The notes under the pieces: generated by a model
What the model saw: the letters and a program-made list of their open reading frames with translations, nothing else
Told to the model about the DNA's origin: nothing
Database searches by the model: none
Assembly (NCBI GenBank): GCA_964503265.1
Contig: CAZCYO010000005.1
Location: 1 to 37,150 of the forward strand
From: an uncultured Gammaproteobacteria bacterium
GTDB taxonomy: Bacteria; Patescibacteriota; Microgenomatia; Levybacterales; UBA12049
Reading direction: 5' to 3'
Length of the DNA stretch: 37,150 bases
Part shown: positions 8,753 through 18,737 of the stretch, one piece after another
How positions within the stretch are numbered: position 1 is the stretch's first letter
Layout: the number at the start of each line of letters is the position of its first letter
Position numbers and translations under genes: made by a program

Positions 8753-10090
8753 TTAGATTTCCAGAGCTAATTGAGGCTTATCGTTACTCTCTTTTCCCCA
8801 AAGAGTCACTTTTCCATATTCTCCATCAAAACCTGGTTCGATAACTACTTCTCCTTTTCGTACTTTACGAACGCCATCGGCAATTCTCTCTCCTGCTACA
8901 GTTGCGATATCGGTAAGTGGAGTTCTCAGTAGAATGTCGAGTTCTGTCCCTAGTTTCTCACACAGTAACGAGAATTGTAATTGTACTTTCTTACTTCCTA
9001 CTCCCACTGCAAAACTTTCAGCAATTATCTCAAGAAGTGGGACTAATTTCACAAATGGCGGATGGGTTTTAGAACTATCTGTCAGCCAAAGAACACCGTT
9101 AAAATCAATCGTTTTATTATCAAGAAAAGTATCTTTATTTGATAATTCCTGCAAACGCAATAAGACTCCTTCTGTAAGCTTTTTAATACATATTGGACAC
9201 ATATTAGTACTTCTTCTAATCTCCTTCGGTCCAATTGAAATACCACAGTTTCGATGCCCTGAATAATGATATTTCCCCTCTTCTGGATAAAATTCGATGG
9301 TATACGCGATATGATTAGAAGCATCAGGGGCATCAAAGGTATCAAGAGCTTTCAAAGATTGTCTTTTAATCGCTGCCAGGATATTGGGATATGTTAATTC
9401 TGATAATTCAAGCACTGTCGCTTCTCGTGCAATCTTTGGTAAAGAATGTGCATCAGAAAAAGAAAGAATTGAGCGATTTTGTAACTCCTTAATGTGCCAA
9501 TTCATTTCAGGATCTGAAGAAATGCCTGTTTCAATGCCATAAATATACGGGGATAAATCTTCGAAACATTCATCAAGTGAATCAAAACCACTTGCACTTC
9601 CATACACCCCAAAATGGGGTGTCCATACATGGCATGGAATGAAAAAACAGTTCTCATCAATGGTTAGAATAAGCTCAAGAAGCGCTTTTGAAGATAGACC
9701 GATAATCGGTCGTCCATCAGCAGTGAGATTCGCACCACGAGCAAGTAACGCTTTTTGTATCGCTTCTGCTTTCTTTCTATTCGGAGCAAAAACTAAATTA
9801 TGCACACGACGCAATCTTCCTCCCTGCTTATAAATACATGCTATTTCTGTACTAAAAATAAAAGACGTTTTTTTCTCTGATACATCATCGTTGAGCGTAT
9901 AGATACCATCATTCACTTCTTTTAGATGGGACGCGATTTCTTTAAACCATGCCGGGTGTGTAAAGTCACTGACTGTGAGTAGTTCAATTCCTTTTTGCTT
10001 CGCCACTGTAGCGATTGTATGCATGTTCATGCTTGGTGAAACCGCACGAGAGAACCTCGAATGGAGATGAAAATCTGAGACATATTCCAT
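8753..10090 (-). CDS. Endonuclease Q family (PHP-domain) protein
   Basis: DFHLHSRFSRAVS, STEIACIY, ADGRPIIG, PCHVWTP, SFSDAHS, EEGKYHYSGH..C, CPIC, PGFDGEYG. Confidence 0.85.
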   Translation of the reverse strand: MEYVSDFHLHSRFSRAVSPSMNMHTIATVAKQKGIELLTVSDFTHPAWFKEIASHLKEVNDGIYTLNDDVSEKKTSFIFSTEIACIYKQGGRLRRVHNLVFAPNRKKAEAIQKALLARGANLTADGRPIIGLSSKALLELILTIDENCFFIPCHVWTPHFGVYGSASGFDSLDECFEDLSPYIYGIETGISSDPEMNWHIKELQNRSILSFSDAHSLPKIAREATVLELSELTYPNILAAIKRQSLKALDTFDAPDASNHIAYTIEFYPEEGKYHYSGHRNCGISIGPKEIRRSTNMCPICIKKLTEGVLLRLQELSNKDTFLDNKTIDFNGVLWLTDSSKTHPPFVKLVPLLEIIAESFAVGVGSKKVQLQFSLLCEKLGTELDILLRTPLTDIATVAGERIADGVRKVRKGEVVIEPGFDGEYGKVTLWGKESNDKPQLALEI

Positions 10091-10167
10091 GAGTTTGATT
10101 CTAGTTCAGAGGTAGCAAAATTGCTATAACTCTTTTAGAAAAGGATTCTGCGCGCTATACTAGTACT

Positions 10168-10668
10168 ATGCTCAGAGAACATGATAATCATGTTCCTTCT
10201 GTAGACGGTTACGACAAGACCTCTCACTCCTTGATAAGTTTTTTAGATAGAGTTGACGCACATGATCGATCTTTGTTTACTGAAGGACTAGATATTACCT
10301 TAGCCAAACATCCAATAGAAAAACCTCCTGGGATTGTCGGGCAATTGTATGATGCACGTGAAGACACCGCAGCATCACCCATAATTGATGCGCTGTGGAC
10401 ATTACAAGGCGCTGCACCACTCGTAACTGTCGCCAACCGTTCAGGGATGTTCCCAAATGAAGTACAAGAACTCGTAGGAAATAGAATGCCCGAAATCATT
10501 CAGCTTACTACAGCAGCTGACTTAGAAGGACCCCAGCCAGAAAATTCTAATATTGCAGCCATTATTCGTGGAGTACAAGAAGGCACAATTTTACCTGATC
10601 AACAAGTGGTTGTTTCTCGTCCTATCTGCCATTTTTACAGTGAACATCAGGAATTAGTAGCAGATTAG
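10168..10668 (+). CDS. Hypothetical protein
   Basis: 166-aa ORF with TATACT 6 nt upstream of the ATG; its stop abuts the ligase stop (convergent). Confidence 0.6.
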   Translation: MLREHDNHVPSVDGYDKTSHSLISFLDRVDAHDRSLFTEGLDITLAKHPIEKPPGIVGQLYDAREDTAASPIIDALWTLQGAAPLVTVANRSGMFPNEVQELVGNRMPEIIQLTTAADLEGPQPENSNIAAIIRGVQEGTILPDQQVVVSRPICHFYSEHQELVAD

Positions 10669-12450
10669 TTATTTCTTCGCTCCTTGATCGTTAAACATCG
10701 CAATTAACTCTTTCACACTCGTCGCGTCTTCTGGTTTTTTATCTCGGTCACGAAACGTAATAAGACGTGGGAACCTGAGAGCGTAGCCAGGTTGCATCAC
10801 TCCGTCTACGTCACGAGCTCCAGCTGTATGCATCGGGCTTCTGGTGATTTCGTCTGCTAACACTTCTATAACGAGCTCAGGTTTTAGCCAGACACTAGGA
10901 ATAATTTTTGAATTTACTCGTGCAGGTTTATTTTCTTGCTCTAAGCCCTTTGCTCGTTGCTTTATACTCGTCCACTCTTCATCTGTCAGTCCAGTTCCGA
11001 TTCTCGTGACACTCACAAATTCATCTGATTCTGCGTCATAGAGTCCCACCAGCAGTGCCCCCGCCCCAAATGCTGTCCGTTTGCCTTTTCCATAAATATA
11101 CCCCAGAATGACACAGTCAATCGTGTCTGAGAGCTCTCCACTTGAATGACGTTTTAGTTTTATCCAGTTAAAATTACGCCCCCCTGCTTCATAGAGTGAG
11201 TCAAGCCGTTTGACGACGACTCCTTCAAGACCTTTTGAAATACTGTCATCAAGCATGAGCTGGAGGTCTTCAGGTTTTTTCAGAATTCGAGCAGGGGCTG
11301 GAATCAGTGTTTCAGTTCCGTCAATTGCTTTTTTAATCATTTCTGTACGCTCAGAAAGAGGTGTATCCATCAGAGATTTACCGTCATAGTAGAGAATATC
11401 GAAGACGAAAGCTTTTAGCGGTAATTGTTTGGCGACTTCATCGATGTTATGTTTGCGACGCCTCTTCGTCGTTTCTTGAAACGGGAGAAACTCTTCAGAT
11501 TCTGGCTGGTACGCGATCGCTTCACTGTCTAATATCGCAGTTTTGGCTTTAATTTGTGAGAGAGTACCCTCAATAAGCTCTGGGAACATGTGCGTCATCT
11601 CCTCGAGATTTCGAGAAAACATACGAACAGTGTTACCATTCTTATGAATTTGCACTCGAAATCCGTCGTATTTAGGAGTACAGTGTAACCCAACTCCCTC
11701 CGGATCCATTTTCTCAAATACTTTCACTGGATTTGGAATTCGTTCACAAAGTTCTGACCGGATCGGCTGACCAACTTTTACACCAAGTTTTCGAACTTCT
11801 TCAAGTCCTTCACTTGCTAATGTTTTACCGATGAGTCCCAGGTCTGATGTCTCGTTATATGCTTTCTCGAGTACTTTTCTCTCTTTACGATCCCCCACAT
11901 ATGAGAGTGCAAGACCATCAAGAACAGTTGGATCTCCAATCCCAAGTCGATTGTTACCCAGAGGAATTCGAGTTAAATGCTTAATCGACACACCGTGAAA
12001 CGAAACAAGTAGATCACGCAGCATACCAATTTTTTTCTCGACCGACCCATCTCCACCCGTATTCGCAATTTCTGTCAGTGCTTCAAATACTTCTTTAACC
12101 GTCTCTTTGCTCTTTGCCCTTTGCTCTTGGCTAAGCAAACTTTCCTGAGGGTGCTTGGAAAATTCTTCAGCCACAGTTCCCATATCCCCTTTCTTCTCAT
12201 ACTCTTTAAGCACTTCCTCTTTCGTACTTCCGTATGCGAGTGCCACGGCTTGGGCTACCATCTTATCTGCCATACCGATTTCAATCGGTGCATAAAATGG
12301 TGCGACACGCCCCTGAGTCAAATAAATCACCTGCTCAATTTCATCTTTTTTCGTGTGTTTAAATAGTTCAACGAGGATATCTATTAACGCGAGGCGAGAA
12401 GAGGTTTCTTCGAGTTTTTCAAAATAACCTGTCAATTCTGTAAATTGCAT
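10669..12450 (-). CDS. lig: ATP-dependent DNA ligase (three-domain, archaeal/eukaryotic LigI-like)
   Basis: KYDG motif I, LDSEAI, FVFDIL, EGVVVK, WIKLK, ALRFPR; N-terminal DNA-binding domain. Confidence 0.95.
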   Translation of the reverse strand: MQFTELTGYFEKLEETSSRLALIDILVELFKHTKKDEIEQVIYLTQGRVAPFYAPIEIGMADKMVAQAVALAYGSTKEEVLKEYEKKGDMGTVAEEFSKHPQESLLSQEQRAKSKETVKEVFEALTEIANTGGDGSVEKKIGMLRDLLVSFHGVSIKHLTRIPLGNNRLGIGDPTVLDGLALSYVGDRKERKVLEKAYNETSDLGLIGKTLASEGLEEVRKLGVKVGQPIRSELCERIPNPVKVFEKMDPEGVGLHCTPKYDGFRVQIHKNGNTVRMFSRNLEEMTHMFPELIEGTLSQIKAKTAILDSEAIAYQPESEEFLPFQETTKRRRKHNIDEVAKQLPLKAFVFDILYYDGKSLMDTPLSERTEMIKKAIDGTETLIPAPARILKKPEDLQLMLDDSISKGLEGVVVKRLDSLYEAGGRNFNWIKLKRHSSGELSDTIDCVILGYIYGKGKRTAFGAGALLVGLYDAESDEFVSVTRIGTGLTDEEWTSIKQRAKGLEQENKPARVNSKIIPSVWLKPELVIEVLADEITRSPMHTAGARDVDGVMQPGYALRFPRLITFRDRDKKPEDATSVKELIAMFNDQGAKK

Positions 12451-12519
12451 GGGTTAATAATACCACATTTCGAAGCTATTTCTCACCAGCTATACGAACA
12501 TGCAGAGGAAATAGTACTA

Positions 12520-13575
12520 CTACGTCATTAAATACCGTGCAGCTTTTGTTTTTCCTTGTTTCTTAACAAGTCCTGCCGTGAGAAGTACTTTCAAGTCATT
12601 TAAGACTGTGTCTTCTGACACGAACGGGAACAGTTGTTTAAAGCCACTATTTTGTAGATATCCTACTTTTTGAATGTATTCGATAATTTGGAGCTGGCGA
12701 TCAGTTAACATAAGTGGTGTCCCTCCCAGTTTTTCTTTTAACTTCACATCGACTGAAATATGCTCGACTTTTTCTCGTATTTTCGTAAGTTCAATCGCCA
12801 ATCCCTGCGTATAGTATTCAAGCCACTGTGTTAGATTCCCTTCGTTTCGACTAACACTTTGCAGCGCGTCATAATACCCGACAGCATCAGAGTCGAAGTA
12901 TTCCTCAAGTGAGAAGAATTTTCTGATGTCATACCCATCTTGAAAGAGTACGAGTGTAGAAAGTGCACGACCAAGTCGTCCGTTTCCATCGATAAATGGA
13001 TGAATGCGCACGAATTCATAGTGAACAATGCCGCTTTTTAGTACAGGATGTATCATTTCACCAGTCGTCGTGTTAATAAAGTCGAGCAACTCCTGCATTT
13101 GAAATTCGATGGCTACAGCAAGCGGTGGTCTGAATGTTACTTCCCCGGTCAAACTATTTTTTACCACTACCTGGGTCTTTCGATATTCACCAGAACGTTC
13201 GGGATCAAGGATCCGGTCGACAGTTAACTTATGCATTTTTTTAATAACTTCTGCATCAATAATCCGTCGTTTCCCTTCTTCCTCTGTTACCTCCCCTATC
13301 ACATCCATAACACGGCGATAATTAATAATCTCCTGGACGTCACGTTCACGTGCGACCACTTGTTGACCAAGCATGATTCGCTCGGCTTGGTTTAAATTTA
13401 ACTCATTTCCCTCCAAGTGAGTTCCGTGATGAACTGCGCGAACAATAGCATCATTTTGGAATTTTTTCTCATAATACGGAAGCAGTGGCGCGGTATCAAT
13501 AACATGCTTACTTGCTTCAACTGCGCCGATATTTTGCAGGATTTTATTCGATATCGTAAAGACAGGAGTATACAT
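12520..13575 (-). CDS. Fic family protein with C-terminal winged-helix region
   Basis: HPFIDGNGRLGR catalytic motif; GTHLEGN at the inhibitory-helix position; start trimmed to MYTPVF. Confidence 0.9.
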   Translation of the reverse strand: MYTPVFTISNKILQNIGAVEASKHVIDTAPLLPYYEKKFQNDAIVRAVHHGTHLEGNELNLNQAERIMLGQQVVARERDVQEIINYRRVMDVIGEVTEEEGKRRIIDAEVIKKMHKLTVDRILDPERSGEYRKTQVVVKNSLTGEVTFRPPLAVAIEFQMQELLDFINTTTGEMIHPVLKSGIVHYEFVRIHPFIDGNGRLGRALSTLVLFQDGYDIRKFFSLEEYFDSDAVGYYDALQSVSRNEGNLTQWLEYYTQGLAIELTKIREKVEHISVDVKLKEKLGGTPLMLTDRQLQIIEYIQKVGYLQNSGFKQLFPFVSEDTVLNDLKVLLTAGLVKKQGKTKAARYLMT

Positions 13576-13648
13576 AGAACTTGACCAATTCTTGCATATT
13601 TCCCGAGAGAGTGCAACTTTTTTGACATAGTCTGATATAATAATTCCG

Positions 13649-13969
13649 ATGGCAAAATCGAGAAAATCCCATAAAAAAGAACTCGTCAAATCTGCACAAA
13701 AACCACTCCATGTCGAGGTGGTTCGTCAAATGCTCGCACTCGCGACAAGTGGATTTGGACTCGTTGCAGCATTGGCATGGAATAACGTCATCCAGGAGTT
13801 TGTAAATACGTATGTCAAGAAATTTTTACCTCAAGGAAGTGGCATGCTTTCTCTTCTTATCTATGCGATCATTGTGACAGTTTTTGGAGTCATCATCACC
13901 TATCAGATATCTAAAATCTTAGCCAAAGTCGATCCTGATTCATCAGATCACCCGCTTAAAATCAAGTAG
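13649..13969 (+). CDS. DUF5654 family small membrane protein
   Basis: LATSGFGLVAALAWN...LLIYAIIVT; TGnTATAAT 7 nt upstream of the ATG. Confidence 0.75.
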   Translation: MAKSRKSHKKELVKSAQKPLHVEVVRQMLALATSGFGLVAALAWNNVIQEFVNTYVKKFLPQGSGMLSLLIYAIIVTVFGVIITYQISKILAKVDPDSSDHPLKIK

Positions 13970-14657
13970 TTTGCTTCGTGTTCCTCCAGATTTTCCCCGC
14001 ATAAAAGAGAATCACCACGATACCTATGAGAAAAATATATTTTAAGAAAAACTCCACAAATAAATAGCCAAGCAGATACGCGAGTGTTCCCCAGAAAAGT
14101 GTCCACCAGATTTGAGCCAGTAAACTGAATAGGAAGAATTGTTTAAAGGGAAATTTGAGTGTGCCCGCAGCAAGTGATAAAAATGATGCAGTCGTCGGTG
14201 AAATGTAGCCTAACAGAATTGCTTTCCATCCATAAAGCGTTAGCTTATCCTCAGCTTCAAGTAATCCATGCTCAAAGCCTATTTTTTTAAGTGTTTTATT
14301 CAGACCATGCTTCCCGACCAGATAATTAATCGTATACCCAGTCATAAACGCGATTATCGCAAGGATAATGATAATTGGAAACGAGACCACACCACTGCGA
14401 GATAACGCCGCACCAAGTAAGACAACCGTCGATCCAGGAAGATAAAGCCCTACAGGAAATATCGACTCAAGGAGTGCTGCGACAAGGACGATCGGGTAAC
14501 CAACGGTTTTATAGAAGTTCTCGATCAGAACAAGCAGATCTTTCGTGTTTGGGAGATATTTTTTGACAACGATGAGGAGTACTAGATAAACAATAACCGT
14601 ACTCCCTAGTCCAATGTACTGTTTCCATCCTGTTGTTTTTGGACTGATATTATTCAT
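13962..14657 (-). CDS. DedA/VTT-domain membrane protein
   Basis: LESIFPVGLYLPGSTVVLLG and following DedA-like helices. Confidence 0.85.
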   Translation of the reverse strand: MNNISPKTTGWKQYIGLGSTVIVYLVLLIVVKKYLPNTKDLLVLIENFYKTVGYPIVLVAALLESIFPVGLYLPGSTVVLLGAALSRSGVVSFPIIIILAIIAFMTGYTINYLVGKHGLNKTLKKIGFEHGLLEAEDKLTLYGWKAILLGYISPTTASFLSLAAGTLKFPFKQFFLFSLLAQIWWTLFWGTLAYLLGYLFVEFFLKYIFLIGIVVILFYAGKIWRNTKQTT

Positions 14658-15732
14658 CTTCTTTCGTAAGCGTGATTACTTCCCCATGTTCCGTTAGTTT
14701 TGCGCCCACGAATTCAGTATGTGTGGTCGTAAGAATCGTTTGTTGGAGCTTAATGATATCTGAAACAAGCGAGATATGCGAATCATCAAGCTCAGAGAAA
14801 ATATCGTCGAGCAGAAGAAGTGGTCGCTCCTTCTTTTTATCTGCGATATATTGAAGCTGGAGTAGTTTTAGTTGTAATACCACAAGCCGCTGCTGGCCAC
14901 GAGAACCAAACGCTTTTACATTTCGAGCTTGCCCCAGATTATTCATCGTCGAAACAGAAAAATCATCTCGATGAGGACCAACAAGTGTTACCCCAGACGC
15001 TCGTTCTGCATCTTTATACTGCACTAACCGTTCCTCTGAAATGATACTGTGTTCATAGTGAATCTGGCACTGTGAGATCTCTTTATTGGCTTCATTAATA
15101 TAATCGATAAATTCTTGGCGTTTTTTCGTCATCATTTGTCCATGCGTTATTACCAGTTCGTCCCAGTATCGAAACTGTTCAGTCTTGCTCTCTCCTGTCT
15201 CACGCACGATTTCAAGCAGTGCGTTTCGCTGCCTGAGCGCTTTTTCAAATGATGTATGTGCGATGGTATAGTCATAATCTACTTGCAGTAACACATCATC
15301 AAGAAAGTTACGACGAAGACTCGGTGAGGTAATAATAATGTCGAGGTCTGAAGGCGTAAACAGAACTGCCGTGAGATGTCCTGAAAAATCTTTTCGCCGA
15401 CGAGAAATATCATTCACAAAATACTTTTTCGAGTACGAAGTATTCGGTGATGGGTTCGCACTTCCAATAGCCAGTACCACTTCAAGCGTTTTCTTTTCTT
15501 CTTTATCAACGAGTAACCCCTTAACACGCATAATCTCCTCATCAATCGATATCATCTGTAGGTCTTTTTCAGCACGATAACTTTTTCCGATTGCAAGTAC
15601 ATAAATCGCTTCTAGGAGATTTGATTTCCCAGCCGTATTTGGTCCGATTACCGTCGTGATATCAGGACTAAAAGAGAAATCAGCCGAAGCATATGAACGA
15701 AAATGGGAAAGTAAGATACGGGAAAGGATCAT
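14650..15732 (-). CDS. recF: DNA replication and repair protein RecF
   Basis: FRSY, Walker A GPNTAGKSN, RRNFLD, GPHRDD, SRGQQR, LLLLDDIFSELD. Confidence 0.96.
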   Translation of the reverse strand: MILSRILLSHFRSYASADFSFSPDITTVIGPNTAGKSNLLEAIYVLAIGKSYRAEKDLQMISIDEEIMRVKGLLVDKEEKKTLEVVLAIGSANPSPNTSYSKKYFVNDISRRRKDFSGHLTAVLFTPSDLDIIITSPSLRRNFLDDVLLQVDYDYTIAHTSFEKALRQRNALLEIVRETGESKTEQFRYWDELVITHGQMMTKKRQEFIDYINEANKEISQCQIHYEHSIISEERLVQYKDAERASGVTLVGPHRDDFSVSTMNNLGQARNVKAFGSRGQQRLVVLQLKLLQLQYIADKKKERPLLLLDDIFSELDDSHISLVSDIIKLQQTILTTTHTEFVGAKLTEHGEVITLTKEDE

Positions 15733-15757
15733 GAGATTAAGTTCGAATATCTACTAT

Positions 15758-15857
15758 CGAAATCCGAAACAATACCAAAATACAAATGATTAAAACTGTC
15801 TATATATTTTGAAAATTACTTTTTGTTTCGTATTTCGAGCTTCGTATTTCGGATTTT
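15758..15857. repeat. Palindromic heptamer-repeat element (AAATCCG / CGGATTT family)
   Basis: CGAAATCCGAAAC... left arm and ...TTTCGTATTTCGAGCTTCGTATTTCGGATTTT right arm. Confidence 0.7.
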
Positions 15858-16563
15858 ACTCAATAACAGTTCCCACAAACTCTTCATTCCTAAAAAACTT
15901 GTCTAAATTCTCAAAATCATTCCCATTGAGCACCACTACTTTGAGTCCTAATTCCTCAGCTTTTTTTGCTGCAATCGGATCAAACGGCGCATTCATTCCT
16001 GGGTTCCATTCATCTCCCACAAGCACACGGAATTCTTTCCAGCTCATATGATCAATTGGCTTTGCATCAGGAAATTCGTTTGGATCCTGATCATACACTT
16101 TCTCGATATTACTCATATTGATGATCGTCGGCACATGATAATCCTCACCAAGTAACACCGCGCAGTAATCAGTCGACCAGCCAGGCTTCCAGCCAGAGGC
16201 GATAATCACTGGTTCATTCGCTTTTCTGATTACCTCATAATGCTCGATGATATGTAAGTGTGCGATATCGCGAAAAATAGTACGAAGAAGATGCGCGTTG
16301 AGTCTCGTCGTATGGATTCCAAGCCAATCCAAATCATCGATTGAGAGCTCACTCCCGACCACTTCACGTCCTGCGTCACGGTAGTGTCTGGCCGTCGTTC
16401 CACCCCCTGTAACCAAAAAAAACTGGCGATTTGAGTTTTCAGCCAGTTTACTTCGAACAAATGTATTTAATTTCTTTAGAAATCCTGTATCAATTCCTGT
16501 CTTAGGAACGATTAACGATCCCCCGACAGACATAATAATCTTCTCTTTCTCTCCATTACTCAT
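15856..16563 (-). CDS. pyrH: UMP kinase, archaeal-type
   Basis: SVGGSLIVP, VTGGGTTARHY, DWLGI, GWKPGWSTD, VYDQDP, APFDPIAAK. Confidence 0.92.
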   Translation of the reverse strand: MSNGEKEKIIMSVGGSLIVPKTGIDTGFLKKLNTFVRSKLAENSNRQFFLVTGGGTTARHYRDAGREVVGSELSIDDLDWLGIHTTRLNAHLLRTIFRDIAHLHIIEHYEVIRKANEPVIIASGWKPGWSTDYCAVLLGEDYHVPTIINMSNIEKVYDQDPNEFPDAKPIDHMSWKEFRVLVGDEWNPGMNAPFDPIAAKKAEELGLKVVVLNGNDFENLDKFFRNEEFVGTVIE

Positions 16564-16621
16564 AAGCAAATTCTAGACGCGCTAACAAAAGATAGTAGCA
16601 CAGGAAAAAGAACAACACAAG

Positions 16622-16657
16622 TTAGGAGTTAGTAGATAGTAGGTAGTAGGTAGTAGG
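16622..16657. repeat. Heptamer tandem repeat (TAGTAGG)n
   Basis: TAGTAGA + 3x TAGTAGG at 16630-16657, with a degenerate copy upstream. Confidence 0.8.
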
Positions 16658-16667
16658 TAAAATAGTC

Positions 16668-16696
16668 TGTCATCCCAGACGAGATCTGGGATCCAG
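16668..16696. repeat. GTCAT-type REP-like palindrome
   Basis: TGTCATCCCAGACGAGATCTGGGATCCAG. Confidence 0.75.
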
Positions 16697-16726
16697 GCTT
16701 TTCAACATTTCTTTATAGTCACGATA

Positions 16727-17650
16727 TCACATATTAATTTTTTGGCACTTCTGGCAAATGAATGTCCCTCTCCCGCCTACTACGATTCGCTCGATTGGTG
16801 TTTTGCACCGAAAGCATGGCTTTCCCGTTTGTTTATACACCAGAAAGTGATTCTGATATCCCCCCTTTTCACCAAGTACATTCACATAATCTCGCTCACT
16901 CGCTCCACCGACTTTGATCCCCAGTGTTAATACTTTTTCGATAGACTCAAATAGTGCAGCAGTTTCTTTCTCTTTCAGTGAATTTGCTTTTCGAAGAGGG
17001 TGAATACGACTGTCCCACAGCGCGTCATTGGCATAGATATTCCCAATCCCCGCGATTTTCTGTTGGTCCATCAGTACTTGCTTTATCGGCGCTTTGGAGT
17101 GTGAGAGAATATCGCTAAAATCCTTCACCGCTAAATCTCGTAAAGGCTCTTTCCCTAGTTTGCTAAAAAAACTCATGTCTTGTAACTCAGCACTCTTAAC
17201 TACCTTGATCCACCCAAACTGCCGAATATCATTAAAATAAAGCACAGACTCCTGACTACTATCTCCTAACTTCTGTCTTCTAAACATAAATATGACATGA
17301 GTATATTTATTAGGCAAATCATTTGTTTTATCTTGAGAAATATGAACATTCACAGGCGGATATATGTTCTCTCCCCCTGATACTTTTGATACCCTTGATA
17401 CTCCTGATACATATCTAAAAATCAGCTGCCCCGTCATCTTCACATGAATCGTAATACTGTAGTTATTCGAAAGGTCTATCCCGAGCCCCTTTCCAAATCG
17501 TCTCACTGCAAGTACTTCACCCCCAAGGACATCTGCTATCTCACCAGAAAAGATTCTCGGAAGTACTACATGGATATTCGTAAGCGTTAACCCTACTAAA
17601 TGCTTTTCAAGTCCTCGTCTGATTGTTTCCACCTCTGGTAGCTCAGGCAT
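16727..17650 (-). CDS. mutM: Formamidopyrimidine-DNA glycosylase / AP lyase
   Basis: MPELPEVE N-terminus, RFGK, HVKMTG, AGIGNIYAND, C-terminal CFRC...CQKC zinc finger; AGGAG SD. Confidence 0.96.
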   Translation of the reverse strand: MPELPEVETIRRGLEKHLVGLTLTNIHVVLPRIFSGEIADVLGGEVLAVRRFGKGLGIDLSNNYSITIHVKMTGQLIFRYVSGVSRVSKVSGGENIYPPVNVHISQDKTNDLPNKYTHVIFMFRRQKLGDSSQESVLYFNDIRQFGWIKVVKSAELQDMSFFSKLGKEPLRDLAVKDFSDILSHSKAPIKQVLMDQQKIAGIGNIYANDALWDSRIHPLRKANSLKEKETAALFESIEKVLTLGIKVGGASERDYVNVLGEKGGYQNHFLVYKQTGKPCFRCKTPIERIVVGGRGTFICQKCQKINM

Positions 17651-17662
17651 ACTGTATCTCCT

Positions 17663-17734
17663 TTATTGTTCTTGCCCCTCGTAGCCTTGGCGGAGGCTGG
17701 GCGAAGTGGGGTCAACTTCAGGTAATTCTGGCAT
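17663..17734 (-). other. 23-aa ghost-start uORF MPELPEVDPTSPSLRQGYEGQEQ, in frame with mutM
   Basis: TGGTATACT 7 nt upstream; first 7 codons encode the same residues as mutM; contains a palindromic element at about 17672-17713. Confidence 0.7.
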
Positions 17735-17772
17735 AACACTTAGTATACCATGCCTAAGCTCAGCTTATAGTT

Positions 17773-17926
17773 TTGCATTCTTTACTCGTTTTTGCTATTA
17801 TCTACACCTCACACTTTCCTAAGCTTCCTTTTTGCTGGAATGCTTATGTCGTGAGCACTTTTACAGCGCGTTATAGTCATTGACTCCAGTAGGAAGACAG
17901 ATTTCTGTCTCTCTTCTGGAGTCAAT
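17773..17926 (+). promoter_or_regulatory. Sigma70 promoter and structured leader of the 17963 gene
   Basis: TTGCAT(17773)-N17-TATTAT(17796); hairpin ATTGACTCCAG(17879)...CTGGAGTCAAT(17926) with inner AGACAG/CTGTCT. Confidence 0.55.
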
Positions 17927-17962
17927 TGAAATGTGGTCGACTACCATTGAAAGGAGCGATCT

Positions 17963-18445
17963 ATGGACACGATCGAGACTGGTACGTATATCCCTGTTGC
18001 TGGCATTGAACGTCTGTCTGAAGAGAAACTTAACATCTTGGCGATGAATATCTGGAGGACGGGACATGCGTTCTTCGTGGGTGAACACCCAGAAGATAGG
18101 ACACCCTACAAGTTTCCAGATGGTCTCTTCCGGCTCTACATTCCCAGCTACATGGGAATCATGCATGATGACATCATCCAGCAGATTGAGGCCGTTGGTC
18201 TCACCGTTATTACCAAGGAGAGCATGCGGGTAACTCTGGCGGACCTGTTCCTCGGGGAGAAAAAACAAGCTGAAACTCTTGGTGCATCCCTCGTTAGGGA
18301 TTTGCCAGGAACAATGCTTCTCCCATGTGGAAGTGGTGTCTATCTGATCATCTACCCTAGCTACTTCACGAAACCGGTGATCGAAAGGATGCTTGGAACA
18401 GTAGCTGTTCTGGGCTTTGAAGCCCTGGATCCGATCAAGGAGTAA
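17963..18445 (+). CDS. Hypothetical protein (accessory)
   Basis: AAAGGAG SD; 160 aa; followed by an SD-led neighbour. Confidence 0.65.
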   Translation: MDTIETGTYIPVAGIERLSEEKLNILAMNIWRTGHAFFVGEHPEDRTPYKFPDGLFRLYIPSYMGIMHDDIIQQIEAVGLTVITKESMRVTLADLFLGEKKQAETLGASLVRDLPGTMLLPCGSGVYLIIYPSYFTKPVIERMLGTVAVLGFEALDPIKE

Positions 18446-18456
18446 GGAGGTAGTCT

Positions 18457-18696
18457 ATGGCTTGGTTCATGTTTGGACTCGGCCTGATTGTGTGGTTCAC
18501 TGGCCTCGGACTCATTCATTATAAACTCCTGCCTAAACTGCAGGAATTGAATGAGCGCCGGTTCAACTTGGAATACAGACCTCTTTATCTGTATCTCAAG
18601 TACTCCGCCTGGATCACCCAGGCGTACTTCATCACGAGAGTCATCTACGTGATCTCAGTCATCTTGGCAATTCTCTTCATCGCCAGAATCCAATAA
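18457..18696 (+). CDS. Small two-TM hypothetical protein
   Basis: AAGGAGG SD; two hydrophobic segments; GCGCC-N5-GGCGC hairpin after the stop. Confidence 0.65.
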   Translation: MAWFMFGLGLIVWFTGLGLIHYKLLPKLQELNERRFNLEYRPLYLYLKYSAWITQAYFITRVIYVISVILAILFIARIQ

Positions 18697-18737
18697 CGCG
18701 CCCACTAGGCGCTTCCACTCTCACTTGGCCGCAAGGC

